Positions 38,651 to 48,303 of a stretch of DNA of 64,000 nucleotides are shown piece by piece. Under the pieces are notes generated by a model that had not been told where the DNA came from, made no database searches, and saw only the letters and a list, made by a program, of their open reading frames with translations. Source of the stretch: Candidatus Altiarchaeota archaeon (lineage in GTDB: Archaea > Altiarchaeota > Altiarchaeia > IMC4 > SCGC-AAA252-I15); assembly GCA_043800705.1 (NCBI GenBank), contig JAZDMS010000023.1:32001-96000 (forward strand), in the 5' to 3' direction. How positions within the stretch are numbered: position 1 is the first letter of the stretch; each line of letters starts with the position of its first letter. Position numbers and translations under genes: made by a program.

Positions 38651-39934
38651 GTGGATATCTCTCGGTTGGAGTTGTTCAACGAATGGTGGACTACGGGATC
38701 GGTGCGTAAGGAGCTCACAAAAGAGTATAGGCGGCCATTATTTGACGAGGTTTTGAAATACCTGAACGACCGGCAGATCATCCTCATATACGGTCTTAGG
38801 AGGGTGGGAAAGTCCACACTCATGTATCAGATAATACAGCATCTCCTAAAGCAGGGAATTGGAGCGGATAGGATATTCCGGTTCTCATTCGACGACACAG
38901 AGGCCCAACTGGATGAGGTCCTGAGGGTTTTTGAGCGGGAGAAGCTAAGGAAGAACTTCGAGCAAGCCGATAGAGTATACGTCTTCTTCGACGAGATCCA
39001 GAAGACCGCGGACTGGCAGAACAAGCTCAAGATATTCTACGACCTCTACCCCAACATAAAATTTTTCATCTGCGGCTCAGCATCCATCAGCATACAGAAG
39101 AAGGCTAAGGAAAGCCTGGCTGGACGGACATACGACTTCCATATGAAGCCGCTCACTTTTGCTGAATTCCTCAAACTCAAAGGCATAGATGCGAAGTTCG
39201 ACCACTGGAAGACCTACAAACGGACTGTAGCCCCATCATTCTACGACCACCTGCGAAAAGGCGGCTTCCCGGAATTGACAGACGAAACAGACGAGGAAAA
39301 GATAAGAAGCTACGTGAAAAACAACGTGATAGACAGGATACTGTACGTTGACCTGCCGGCCGAGTTCGGCCTCAAGGATCCCCAGCTGCTCAAGACCATA
39401 GTCGAGTTGACGGCAGACCATCCGGGCATGATAGTCAACTACGACGCCCTGAAGAACGACCTGAAAAGGAACAAGCAGACCATTATGAGCTACTTCACGT
39501 ACCTGGAGTACGCCCTCATACTCAAGCTTGTGGCCAACATACGGCCCGGCTTCCTGTCGACGTCACGGAAGATGAGGAAGGCGTATCACACCAGCACTGC
39601 GTTCCCGCTCTCTATTGCAAGAAACCCGGACGACACGCTCATGGGCAGAGTCGTGGAAAACCTGATGGTTCAGGAGCTTGATGCGGAATATTACTTCCGC
39701 GACAAAGGCTTTGAAATAGACTTCATAATAAAAAAGGGCGGGAAGACCATCCCCATAGAGATAAAATACGGCAAACCGGACGCCTCAAAGTTTGCCAAAG
39801 CGCTGGCGAGAATTCAACTGGACAATGGGATAATCGTCACAAAAGACCAGGACCAAGAAACGGAAGTAGACGGCAGAAAAATCAAAATGATCCCGGCCTG
39901 GGCGTTCATACTCTTCAAGGAAAAATTCATCTGA
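38651..39934 (+). CDS. AAA_14 + DUF4143-type ATP-binding protein
   Basis: GLRRVGKST, FFDEIQ, CGS, ESLAGR, GGFPE, EIDF..PIEIK nuclease-like C-terminus. Confidence 0.92.
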   Translation: MDISRLELFNEWWTTGSVRKELTKEYRRPLFDEVLKYLNDRQIILIYGLRRVGKSTLMYQIIQHLLKQGIGADRIFRFSFDDTEAQLDEVLRVFEREKLRKNFEQADRVYVFFDEIQKTADWQNKLKIFYDLYPNIKFFICGSASISIQKKAKESLAGRTYDFHMKPLTFAEFLKLKGIDAKFDHWKTYKRTVAPSFYDHLRKGGFPELTDETDEEKIRSYVKNNVIDRILYVDLPAEFGLKDPQLLKTIVELTADHPGMIVNYDALKNDLKRNKQTIMSYFTYLEYALILKLVANIRPGFLSTSRKMRKAYHTSTAFPLSIARNPDDTLMGRVVENLMVQELDAEYYFRDKGFEIDFIIKKGGKTIPIEIKYGKPDASKFAKALARIQLDNGIIVTKDQDQETEVDGRKIKMIPAWAFILFKEKFI

Positions 39935-40003
39935 ACAGGCGATCGGCCCTTTCTTCAGCACACGATGCTCTCCGCAAAATGGATACAGAGCGGCGTCGTT
40001 AGG

Positions 40004-40046
40004 CGCGAAGGACGCTGAAAGGGTTCTGGGCGAGTTCAAGCCTTGA
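40004..40046 (+). pseudogene. Displaced second copy of the alaS 3' end
   Basis: CGCGAAGGACGCTGAA identical to 38556-38571; continues RVLGEFKP* versus RILEELNY* in alaS (same length). Confidence 0.8.
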
Positions 40047-40047
40047 A

Positions 40048-40395
40048 TTATTGCTCCGCCTCATTACCGTCAATCATGTTCATGGCCATGCCGACCCCCA
40101 CATTTCCGGCATCCTGGAAGAGAAAGTTGCCGGCGGTTTTCATAAGATCCATGACTAAACTAATCCCCGTCATTATGGGATTTTTATTAAATTGCGTCAT
40201 CATCTGGTTGGCAAATTCCTCGGCCTGGTGCGTCTGGTCCCCTTCCCCTGGCATAAAGGAAGAGCCGACTATCGGCCCCCTGCCCCTCATGAAGGAATTG
40301 CCCAACAATCCGGTGAGCGTCGCCAACGGCGACTGCTGCTCCATCTGGGGCGACGCAGCTTCCCTGGGTTCAATCATCCTTTGGGCCATTCTCAC
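40048..40395 (-). CDS. Hypothetical Met-rich protein
   Basis: ORF abuts 40396..40704 on the same strand. Confidence 0.5.
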   Translation of the reverse strand: MRMAQRMIEPREAASPQMEQQSPLATLTGLLGNSFMRGRGPIVGSSFMPGEGDQTHQAEEFANQMMTQFNKNPIMTGISLVMDLMKTAGNFLFQDAGNVGVGMAMNMIDGNEAEQ

Positions 40396-40704
40396 CTATC
40401 CGACGCCATCCAGCGTCCTCTCATATATGGTCTTCAGCCTCATCAGGAACTTCAGCTTCTGTTCCTCGTCGATCTTTATTATGCCCGCATCCACTATGCT
40501 GATGTCCTTTCCGTTGGAGAAAACCGCGAGTTTTGAGGACACGGGGCTGCCGAATATTGCGGCCAAATCCTTGTCGGCATTCAACTCGTCGGTCAACCTG
40601 TAAAGGAGGTCGAGGCGCACGCCTATGCCGGCCTCTCCCTCAACCTTCATCCTGCGTTTTGCCTCGAGAGCTTCGGCCTTCTTAGCGAGCGATGTCGCAT
40701 CCAT
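40396..40704 (-). CDS. Hypothetical protein
   Basis: Host-like codon usage; TATAAA on the minus strand ~25 nt upstream. Confidence 0.65.
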   Translation of the reverse strand: MDATSLAKKAEALEAKRRMKVEGEAGIGVRLDLLYRLTDELNADKDLAAIFGSPVSSKLAVFSNGKDISIVDAGIIKIDEEQKLKFLMRLKTIYERTLDGVG

Positions 40705-40767
40705 GGTAAATTACGTGCATTATGAGTTTATATCCGCCTATGTCCCGTGGATGCATTTTTTCGGATA

Positions 40768-40866
40768 TCACGGCAGCTGTATCCTCCCCAGGTAGAGCGT
40801 CAACAGCATGAGCAGAAGGAGGGCGAACAGGAGGCCGCCTATCACCTCGAATATGGGGTTCTTCAC
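40768..40866 (-). CDS. Putative small single-TM peptide
   Basis: VKNPIFEVIGGLLFALLLLMLLTLYLGRIQLP; start uncertain. Confidence 0.35.
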   Translation of the reverse strand: MKNPIFEVIGGLLFALLLLMLLTLYLGRIQLP

Positions 40867-40918
40867 GTTATCAATTCCCCGGACACGTATATATTCCGCT
40901 CTTTCTTGTACTTGGTAC

Positions 40919-41548
40919 ATGTCACCCCAATTGGACGGGCTCATCGGCCTCACCCTCTATATGGTGGCCTTGATAAACCCCATCAGCAAGGTATTCATAC
41001 TCTCCACGATGGCAAAGCGCGGCTGCCTGAGGGAGGTCTTCATGGTCTCCGTCAAGTCGACGCTCGTGGCTTTCGCGATACTCATGGCATCCGCATTAGC
41101 CGGCAACTTCATACTCCACGAGGTATTCCACGTGGAGGTGTATTCCCTGAAGGTGGCGGGCGGAATCGTCATATTCTACATGGGTTTCAGGGCATTGACG
41201 AAGGGGGTCTTCTTCGAGGCGAAGGAGAACGGCTCCATCGCCGACATGTCGATCGTCCCCCTCGCGTCGCCGCTCATCGCGGGGCCTGCGACCATAACGG
41301 CGGCGATTTCGATGCCGGCAGAATACGGCATAGCCGCGACCTCGCTCGCGATAATTCTCGGCCTATCCATCAACCTCGCGATCATGTCCTTTTCGAAGAC
41401 CATCGGCAAATTCCTTAACGTCCACAACTTCATGGGCGCCCTCATCAGGATAACGGGCCTGATTGTCGCGACAATCGCCGTCCAGATGGTTCTCGGCGGG
41501 CTTGAATCCTGGATAAAGCTCATACTACAGGCTATTTTATCCGATTAA
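40919..41548 (+). CDS. MarC family membrane protein
   Basis: INPISK, KVAGGI, VPLASPLIAGPATI, RITGLIVATIAVQM. Confidence 0.92.
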   Translation: MSPQLDGLIGLTLYMVALINPISKVFILSTMAKRGCLREVFMVSVKSTLVAFAILMASALAGNFILHEVFHVEVYSLKVAGGIVIFYMGFRALTKGVFFEAKENGSIADMSIVPLASPLIAGPATITAAISMPAEYGIAATSLAIILGLSINLAIMSFSKTIGKFLNVHNFMGALIRITGLIVATIAVQMVLGGLESWIKLILQAILSD

Positions 41549-41665
41549 GCGCAGAAGACTGCGGCATTGATGGCGCAGATGAATGCGCAGAGGGTGCGCT
41601 TAATGGATAAATACCGCGGCCTTTAGGCCGCAGATATTTATTGTCTGCGTCAGATATCTAATGGG

Positions 41666-43219
41666 ATGTACGAAGAGCCTGACGACGATCCGGGAAGCCT
41701 CATACACGGCAGCAGGGAACTGCAGATACAGATAGTGCTGTCCGGAGTGGTCGTATTGGTCTTTGCACTGGTCGTCGTCATACTCCCCCTGCTTTTCACC
41801 CCGCCTGACCCGATAATCGCACTCATATTCTCGCTCCTTCTTGCAGCGGGCGGTGCGTTCCTCGGAGGCTCCCTCATATTTGGCTACTTCAAGGTGCGGG
41901 TCGGAGCCGAAGCCAGAAGGTACGCGCAGGAGATGTTCGAAAAGGCGTTCGAAGACGGGCATGCGAGGAAGAGCATGGAGGAGTTGTTCCTTGACGAGAA
42001 GGAGCGTCTCGTCGCAGAGCTGGAAGAGCAAAAGCGGCAGTACTTCGACGAATTGCAGGGAGAATTCAATAAACGGCTGGACGAGGAGGAGAACGCCCTG
42101 ATGAACGACGTCCGCAGGGAGTTCGAGAAGCAGATGGAGGCCGAGAAGCAGCTTTACCTCACCAAGGTCGACGAAGACATCCGGGGCCAGGTCACTGAGG
42201 AACATAAGGCATACCAGGACTCCGTCAAGTCGGAATACACAAAAAGGCTCGAAGACGAGAAGAAAGCCTATCAGAAGGCCATCCGGGAGGAGTTCGAAAA
42301 AAGGCTCCAAGAGGAGAAGAAGGCCAATGAGGCCAGGATTGCCGAACACGACGCAGAGCTGCAGGCGCAGAAGAGGAAGTTCTCCGAGCAGGTCGCGGAC
42401 CTGGAGGGCAAAAGAAGGAAAGACGTCGAGGAAAACGAGGCCAAGCAGGCCGTGTTCGACGAGCACATACAGTCCGAGAAGAAGATATTCTCCGACCAGC
42501 TGGCGGAGACGGAGAAACACTACCAGGCGGAGAAGAAGGCCCTCGAGGAGGCTCTCCGCGTCGAATTCGAGCGGAAGGCCGATGTAGAAAAGCAGGCCTA
42601 CACGGACATCATCAGGAAGGATTTCGAGTACTGGAAGAAGGAGTTCACGGACGCGTTTAGAAAGGAGATAATGCGGGACGTGCCGCCCGAGAAGCCGCCG
42701 GAGCCTCCGAAGCCGGAGCCTTCGCCGCCGTGGGTCAAGACGGAGGAGCCCGCTGCCCCCAAGGCGAAGGAGGACCTCAGCGACATATTCCCTAAGGAGA
42801 AGATAGCGGCGGAGCCTGCGTCAGCGGAAGAGGAGGTTCACCGTTCGTTCGATTTCAAGAGCATGGGCCCGCGAGAGCAGGTGGGCTCCGCGGTCGAACT
42901 CCTCCTTAGCGCGGGAGGAAAGGGAGTCAGCCTCACCTTCAGGAACTCTAAGACCCGCAGGCAGGTCGAGCTGAAGGCCAGGGGGAAGGACATCCTGTTC
43001 GAAGCGGCGGTCGACGAGATAAGCATCAAGTCGAGGCTGATGCTGAGGGAGTTCGCGGCACAGAACAAGCTTCCCATGGAAAAGAACGACGATTACATCC
43101 GCATCTCATTCGGCTCCGACGAAAGAGCAGTCAAGGACCGGCTGAAGGAGGCCCTGGAGACGGCATTCGCCACCCCGATAGAGAACCTGGCGTTCGACGT
43201 GAAAACGGCAGAGAACTGA
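41666..43219 (+). CDS. Membrane-anchored long coiled-coil protein with 19-aa repeats
   Basis: Two N-terminal TM; repeats EFNKRLDEEEN.. / EFEKQMEAEKQ.. / EYTKRLEDEKK.. / EFEKRLQEEKK..; Pro-rich linker; globular C-terminus. Confidence 0.75.
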   Translation: MYEEPDDDPGSLIHGSRELQIQIVLSGVVVLVFALVVVILPLLFTPPDPIIALIFSLLLAAGGAFLGGSLIFGYFKVRVGAEARRYAQEMFEKAFEDGHARKSMEELFLDEKERLVAELEEQKRQYFDELQGEFNKRLDEEENALMNDVRREFEKQMEAEKQLYLTKVDEDIRGQVTEEHKAYQDSVKSEYTKRLEDEKKAYQKAIREEFEKRLQEEKKANEARIAEHDAELQAQKRKFSEQVADLEGKRRKDVEENEAKQAVFDEHIQSEKKIFSDQLAETEKHYQAEKKALEEALRVEFERKADVEKQAYTDIIRKDFEYWKKEFTDAFRKEIMRDVPPEKPPEPPKPEPSPPWVKTEEPAAPKAKEDLSDIFPKEKIAAEPASAEEEVHRSFDFKSMGPREQVGSAVELLLSAGGKGVSLTFRNSKTRRQVELKARGKDILFEAAVDEISIKSRLMLREFAAQNKLPMEKNDDYIRISFGSDERAVKDRLKEALETAFATPIENLAFDVKTAEN

Positions 43220-43241
43220 TGTTTCGGCCGCGACCGAAACA
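43220..43241. promoter_or_regulatory. Inverted repeat TGTTTCGG-N6-CCGAAACA (operator or terminator)
   Basis: Perfect 8-bp IR right after a stop codon and just upstream of the TATA-like CTTTATTA of the wHTH gene. Confidence 0.4.
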
Positions 43242-43295
43242 AACATCGATGGTCTTTATTATGCAGTTACCTTATATGCATTTGGAAGGGCTTAT

Positions 43296-44165
43296 ATGGG
43301 CGATAAGATAACACTCGACCGGGAGACGTTCAAGGCGCTGGCAGCCGATACGAGGGTCGACATGCTCAAAAGGCTCGGGGAACATAAGCTCACCCTCACG
43401 GACCTGGCCCAGCAGATGGGCATGAGTCCGTCGACGATAAAAGAACACCTGGAAAAGCTGGTCGAAGTCGGCCTCATCGAACAGGAAGATAAGGGGATGA
43501 AGTGGAAGTATTACCGGCTCACCGACAAGGGGAAGAACATCGTCAGCCCGTATGAGACGAAGGTGTGGATACTCCTTGGAACATCGCTCCTGGTTCTGAT
43601 GGGCAGCGCCCTCTCGCTGGCAGGCAGGCTTGCCGCGATCGCGGGTTTCCAGTACTCTTCGAAGATGGATGCGCCGGCCCCGGATCTCCTGATGGCAGGT
43701 GCCAGGCAGGGATTGGGGGAATCCGCTGTCACGACTGCGTCCTCGGTCACGACAACCACTATCGACCTAGTCCAGTCGACGCTGAGCACCCTGGCTTCGG
43801 CCGCGGACGGCGGCGTGAGGATGTTGGCGAAAAGCGCGCCCTCCGTCAACGGGACCATAGGTGCGGCGCAGGGGGAGGGATTGAAGGCAGCCCACGACAG
43901 CCTTCTCATGTCGGCGGAGAATGCGGTAGCCGACGGGATTTCGACCACGTCCACTACACTGATGCAGGCCGCATCCACCACCCTGCAGGCGGCGTCGACG
44001 ACGCTGCGGCATGTTACGGCCGCAGCGGCTGCGCAGATTTCAGAAACCGTCAAGCCGGCACCGGCGGACATGCCTTACCTGGAATTCGCGCTCATCGGCC
44101 TGTCGCTGATAGTGGCCGGATCATGCACGGGGCATCTGATAAAAAGAAGGATACGGCTTGGATGA
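43296..44165 (+). CDS. ArsR-like winged-HTH regulator with two TM helices and a Ser/Thr/Ala-rich loop
   Basis: FKALAADTRVDML, SPSTIKEHLEKL, KWKYYRLTDKG, then TM - low-complexity loop - TM. Confidence 0.85.
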   Translation: MGDKITLDRETFKALAADTRVDMLKRLGEHKLTLTDLAQQMGMSPSTIKEHLEKLVEVGLIEQEDKGMKWKYYRLTDKGKNIVSPYETKVWILLGTSLLVLMGSALSLAGRLAAIAGFQYSSKMDAPAPDLLMAGARQGLGESAVTTASSVTTTTIDLVQSTLSTLASAADGGVRMLAKSAPSVNGTIGAAQGEGLKAAHDSLLMSAENAVADGISTTSTTLMQAASTTLQAASTTLRHVTAAAAAQISETVKPAPADMPYLEFALIGLSLIVAGSCTGHLIKRRIRLG

Positions 44166-44169
44166 CCCC

Positions 44170-44538
44170 TCATTTGAAAGAGATCCTGTCACCTACGGCC
44201 GTGTCTTTGATACCCCCTTTCCCAAATTCTATCACGTATTTCGCAGGTGACTTCGGCGCATACATCCTCCACGTAATCGGCCGAAGGATCCTTGACGGCG
44301 GCAGTCCCCTTCTTACGTCGACGGCCTCCATCCTGCCGTTTACCCAGACCACGTCTATGGGGTACCTCATGCCGAACATGTGAATCATCGGCAATATCCT
44401 CGAATCCCATGCGACCTTGAGGACAACGTCCATCCTCTCCGACCCCATGAGGCCCTTCCTTCGGCCTTCGGGGGTGTCCCTCATCTGCGCATCAGCGCTA
44501 ATGACGAACCCTCTGGTCTCGTTGACTATCTCCACCAT
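44170..44538 (-). CDS. DUF192 family protein
   Basis: RRKGLM, IHMFGMRYPIDVVW, AKYVIE. Confidence 0.85.
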   Translation of the reverse strand: MVEIVNETRGFVISADAQMRDTPEGRRKGLMGSERMDVVLKVAWDSRILPMIHMFGMRYPIDVVWVNGRMEAVDVRRGLPPSRILRPITWRMYAPKSPAKYVIEFGKGGIKDTAVGDRISFK

Positions 44539-44564
44539 TTAACTATGTAATCCATCTGTATTTT

Positions 44565-45230
44565 ATGCCATACGTCTGCGTCACGATGACAGAGAAAGAC
44601 GTGAAATCGACGCTCAAGGCCGCGAAGGGCCTGAGGTGCGACATAATCGAGGTCAGGTTGGACCATATGTCGGACACTAGGGACCTGGCACCCCTTGCGA
44701 AGCTCAAACAGAAGGTGATGGTGACCTGCATGCCCCTCTGGGAGGGGGGGAAGTTCAGGGGGCCTGAGGGCGCACGGGTCAGGCTCCTCATGGATGCGAT
44801 GGTCCACGCGGACTATGTCAGCATAGAATTGAAGACCTACTCCGGCCTGCGGGATGAGCTGGTTCTTGCCGCCCAAAAAGCCAAGGCGAAGGCGATAATC
44901 GCATACCACGACTTCAAGTCGACTCCGCCGTTGGAGGAGATCATAAAGGTGCTCAAGGCAGAGGCGCGGGCAGGGGCCGACATAGCCAAGGTCGCGTACA
45001 TGCCGAGGACGGCAGCCGACGTGACCGCAGTCCTCATGGCCCAGGCCTCATGCGGCCTTCGGATCCCCGTCATCGCATTGAGCATGGGGGAAAAAGGTTC
45101 GCCGTCGCGGATAGCGGCGCCGATGCTCGGAGGATACCTGACCTTTGCGGCGCCGTCTGCGGGGAAGAAGGCGGCCGCGGGACAGTACACCCTTGACGAG
45201 ATGAATACGGTAAAGTTCCTCTTCCGATGA
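44565..45230 (+). CDS. aroD: Type I 3-dehydroquinate dehydratase
   Basis: IEVRLD, YHDFKSTP, DIAKVA, MGEKG..SR, AAGQ. Confidence 0.9.
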   Translation: MPYVCVTMTEKDVKSTLKAAKGLRCDIIEVRLDHMSDTRDLAPLAKLKQKVMVTCMPLWEGGKFRGPEGARVRLLMDAMVHADYVSIELKTYSGLRDELVLAAQKAKAKAIIAYHDFKSTPPLEEIIKVLKAEARAGADIAKVAYMPRTAADVTAVLMAQASCGLRIPVIALSMGEKGSPSRIAAPMLGGYLTFAAPSAGKKAAAGQYTLDEMNTVKFLFR

Positions 45231-45880
45231 AAATAGTAGAGCCCGACTTCGATAGGATGAGCCGCTGCGGGATACCGGAGGTCGTATACGGCCGGGGGAA
45301 ATCCAGGAAGCAGCTTCTGGAGGTCGCGGCAAGATTCATAGAACACACCGGCCGCGTCATCGTCACGAAGGTCGATCCTGTTGGGGCGCGGGCGGTCATA
45401 GAGGCGCATCCCGGCCTGGAATCCGAATACGGCGAGGAATCCGGGACGCTCGTGGTCAGGAAAAAGGGCGCCAAGGCAAAGATGGCAGGCAAGGTCGGCA
45501 TCATCACCGCAGGGACGTCTGACATACCGGTCGCCGAGGAGGCTAGGGCCATACTCGGCGAGCTCGGATGCTCGACCGTCGCATCCTATGACATAGGCGT
45601 CGCCGGAGTACACCGGCTATTTCCGGCGCTGAAGACCATGTCCGACGCGAAGGCCCTGATTGTCGTCGCCGGGATGGAGGGTGCGCTGCCGTCGGTCGTG
45701 TCGGGCCTCGTCGACGTCCCCGTCATCGGGGTTCCGACGTCGGTCGGCTACGGCGTCGGGAAAGGCGGCCTCACGGCGTTGAATTCGATGCTCGCATCCT
45801 GCGCGCCGGTGGCTGTCGTGAACATAGACAACGGCTATGGCGCCGCCGTGCTAGCATACCAGATCGCGAGGACAAAATGA
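45227..45880 (+). CDS. larB: Nickel-pincer cofactor biosynthesis carboxylase LarB
   Basis: GIPEVVYGRGK, AGTSDIPVAEEA, DIGVAGVHR, AGMEGALPS, VPTSVGYG, NIDNGYGA. Confidence 0.93.
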   Translation: MKIVEPDFDRMSRCGIPEVVYGRGKSRKQLLEVAARFIEHTGRVIVTKVDPVGARAVIEAHPGLESEYGEESGTLVVRKKGAKAKMAGKVGIITAGTSDIPVAEEARAILGELGCSTVASYDIGVAGVHRLFPALKTMSDAKALIVVAGMEGALPSVVSGLVDVPVIGVPTSVGYGVGKGGLTALNSMLASCAPVAVVNIDNGYGAAVLAYQIARTK

Positions 45881-46359
45881 AAGTTGACGATGTCATAGCG
45901 CTCCTTAAGCAGGCAAAGGTGGAGGAGGCGCTCGAAGCCATCGAAAAGGTCGATGACAGGAAGGAGATGGCGCACAAGCTGACGGAGTTCGCTGCTGCCC
46001 TCAACTACCTAAAAGGCCTGCCGCAGCTGTCCGAGGCGCTCCTGAGGAGGTCCATCCGACTCGATACAGACAACCCCCACACATACTTCAACCTCGGCGT
46101 GCTATACACGAACATCGACGCCCCTGACAAAGGCGGAAGGAATGCCGAACTATCTGAACGGGCTTATAAGAAGGCGTTAAGCCTCAAAAGTGACTTCCAC
46201 GAGGCAAGGTACAACCTTGCGCTCATATACTATTTCACTGACAGAATCGACGACGCAAGGAGGGAATACGGGCTCATCCAGGAAGCCATCGGAGACGACC
46301 CCGGCTTCAGAGACCTAGGCATCATGCTCCTCGAAGAAGACCGTCTGGCTGCGATATGA
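45877..46359 (+). CDS. TPR-repeat protein
   Basis: TYFNLGVLY, YKKAL, ARYNLALIY. Confidence 0.85.
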   Translation: MKVDDVIALLKQAKVEEALEAIEKVDDRKEMAHKLTEFAAALNYLKGLPQLSEALLRRSIRLDTDNPHTYFNLGVLYTNIDAPDKGGRNAELSERAYKKALSLKSDFHEARYNLALIYYFTDRIDDARREYGLIQEAIGDDPGFRDLGIMLLEEDRLAAI

Positions 46360-47423
46360 TATACCTCGACTGTTCCTCTGGAATGTCAGGCGACATGTTC
46401 GCCGCGGCCCTAGCGGGCCTAGGCGCCAAAAAGGGAGAAGTCATCTCCGCGCTGAAGCCCATCGCCAGGGTCGGATATAGGCGGGTAAAGAAAAAAGGGA
46501 CCGCCGCCGTCAAATTCGACGCAACATTCCAACCCGACTCCCACGACTACGTCGACCTCGTAAAATCCGTGAAACGCCTCCGGCTTAAGCCGAAGGCGCA
46601 AAGCCTCGCCTTGCGCATCCTCAGCATCCTCGCGGAGGCGGAGAGCAAGGCCCACGATATTCCCGTAAACAAGGTGCACCTTCACGAGGCCGCAGACTGC
46701 GCGGTCGACGCCGTCGCTGCGGCAGTCTCCCTGGAAGGCCTCGGCCTGATCGATGAGCCGGTAGCTTCCTCCGTCATCTCCTGCGGCATGATAGCGCCCG
46801 CCACAAGGCTGATACTCGAAGAATACGGGATACCTGTCAGGTTCGTATCCGAAAGGGAGATCCTCACGCCGACGGGGGCCGCCATACTCGCGTCCCTCGA
46901 TTGCGAATTCGGCGAGATGGGATATACGGATCCCGGGGTCGGAGCAGGCTCGATGGAGCTTCCCTGGCCGAACATACTTCGGGTCTCGATAGTCCTACCG
47001 AAGGTCGTCTTGGAGTCGAACATCGACGACTGCACACCGGAACACATATCCCACCTGGGCTCTTCGCTCATGGATCTGGGCGCATTGGACGTGCACGTCA
47101 TCCCCTGCATGATGAAGAAGGGACGCATAGGGTTCCTCGTGAGGGTGCTGACAGACGACCCCGAAGCTCATGCCGCCACGATAATGGCAGAGACCGGCTC
47201 ACTGGGGGTCAGGGTCCACCCCCTGGAGTCGAGGTATGAGCTGCCAAGAAGGTCGGAGACCGTAAATGTAAAGCTTGGAGGCTTCGCCGAAAAGGTGCGG
47301 GTCAAATTCAGCCCCCTCGGATACAAGCCGGAATTTGACGACGTATCTGCATTAGCTAAAAAACGGGGCCTTACGTTCAGCCAGGTCCGAGAGGCCGTTT
47401 CTTCGGCTCTTTCTCGGGGCTAG
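46356..47423 (+). CDS. larC: LarC family nickel insertion protein
   Basis: YLDCSSGMSGDM, VHLHE, LTPTGAA, ESNIDD, MKKGR, ETGSLGVR, KPEFDD. Confidence 0.9.
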   Translation: MIYLDCSSGMSGDMFAAALAGLGAKKGEVISALKPIARVGYRRVKKKGTAAVKFDATFQPDSHDYVDLVKSVKRLRLKPKAQSLALRILSILAEAESKAHDIPVNKVHLHEAADCAVDAVAAAVSLEGLGLIDEPVASSVISCGMIAPATRLILEEYGIPVRFVSEREILTPTGAAILASLDCEFGEMGYTDPGVGAGSMELPWPNILRVSIVLPKVVLESNIDDCTPEHISHLGSSLMDLGALDVHVIPCMMKKGRIGFLVRVLTDDPEAHAATIMAETGSLGVRVHPLESRYELPRRSETVNVKLGGFAEKVRVKFSPLGYKPEFDDVSALAKKRGLTFSQVREAVSSALSRG

Positions 47424-48243
47424 GCTGCTTCGGCTTCTTCAGCTCCTCCAAGACGGCCTCCCTCCTCGCCTCTATCGGCGGCTCAACGTCGAGCCAGATG
47501 CGGAGCGCCTCGGCCCCCTGGTGCACGAGCATGCCGGTGCCGTCGACGGTCTTGCAACCCAAATGTTTGGCCTGTAGCAGGAGCCTGGTGTTTTGGGGAT
47601 TGTAGACTATATCGACGACTGTGATTGCCGGATGAAGAAACTTCTTTCGGACCGGGGTCTCGTCGACTTTGGGTTCCATCCCGACAGACGTGGCGTTAAC
47701 GAGGACATCCACATCCTTCATCACAGAGGCGATATCGTCAACGGGCTCGACTCGCACGCTCAGCCTGGTCATGACGTCTTTAGAAAGTTCCAAGGCCTTC
47801 TTCGCGTCCCGGTTGTGGACGTAGACCCTCGCCTTCTCCATCGCAAGCTTGAACACGATGCTGCGGCCCGCACCCCCCGCACCCAAAACGAGGAAGGTCG
47901 CGTCGTCGACGCCCACGTCCGCTTCCTCAAGGGCCCTTATGAATCCGATTCCGTCCGTGTTGTGGCCGATGCGTCCGTCCGCGAACTCTATCGTGTTGAC
48001 CGCGCCTATCACGGCTGCGTCGTTGCTGAGCTCCCTCATGTGCTTCGCGGCCGCCACCTTCAGGGGGACGGTGACGTTCAGGCCCCTGAAGTCGGCGTTC
48101 TCTATGAACAGGCCCAGCTCCCCCTCCGTAACGTCAAACAGGCTGTACGTGTATTCGAGGCCGAGCTCCCGGAACGCCGCCTCGTGCATGACCTTGCTCA
48201 TGCTGTGCGCCACCGGATGCCCTATGAGCCCGAAGTCGGTCAT
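47377..48243 (-). CDS. aroE: Shikimate dehydrogenase
   Basis: GHPVAHSMS, NVTVPLK, GAVNT, NTDG, GAGGAG, DIVYNP, MLVHQG. Confidence 0.95.
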   Translation of the reverse strand: MTDFGLIGHPVAHSMSKVMHEAAFRELGLEYTYSLFDVTEGELGLFIENADFRGLNVTVPLKVAAAKHMRELSNDAAVIGAVNTIEFADGRIGHNTDGIGFIRALEEADVGVDDATFLVLGAGGAGRSIVFKLAMEKARVYVHNRDAKKALELSKDVMTRLSVRVEPVDDIASVMKDVDVLVNATSVGMEPKVDETPVRKKFLHPAITVVDIVYNPQNTRLLLQAKHLGCKTVDGTGMLVHQGAEALRIWLDVEPPIEARREAVLEELKKPKQPSPEKEPKKRPLGPG

Positions 48244-48303
48244 AGATGGTATATGGATTTATGACAAATATATCCTATGCAGGCAATCCATGGTTCCAAT
48301 GGA

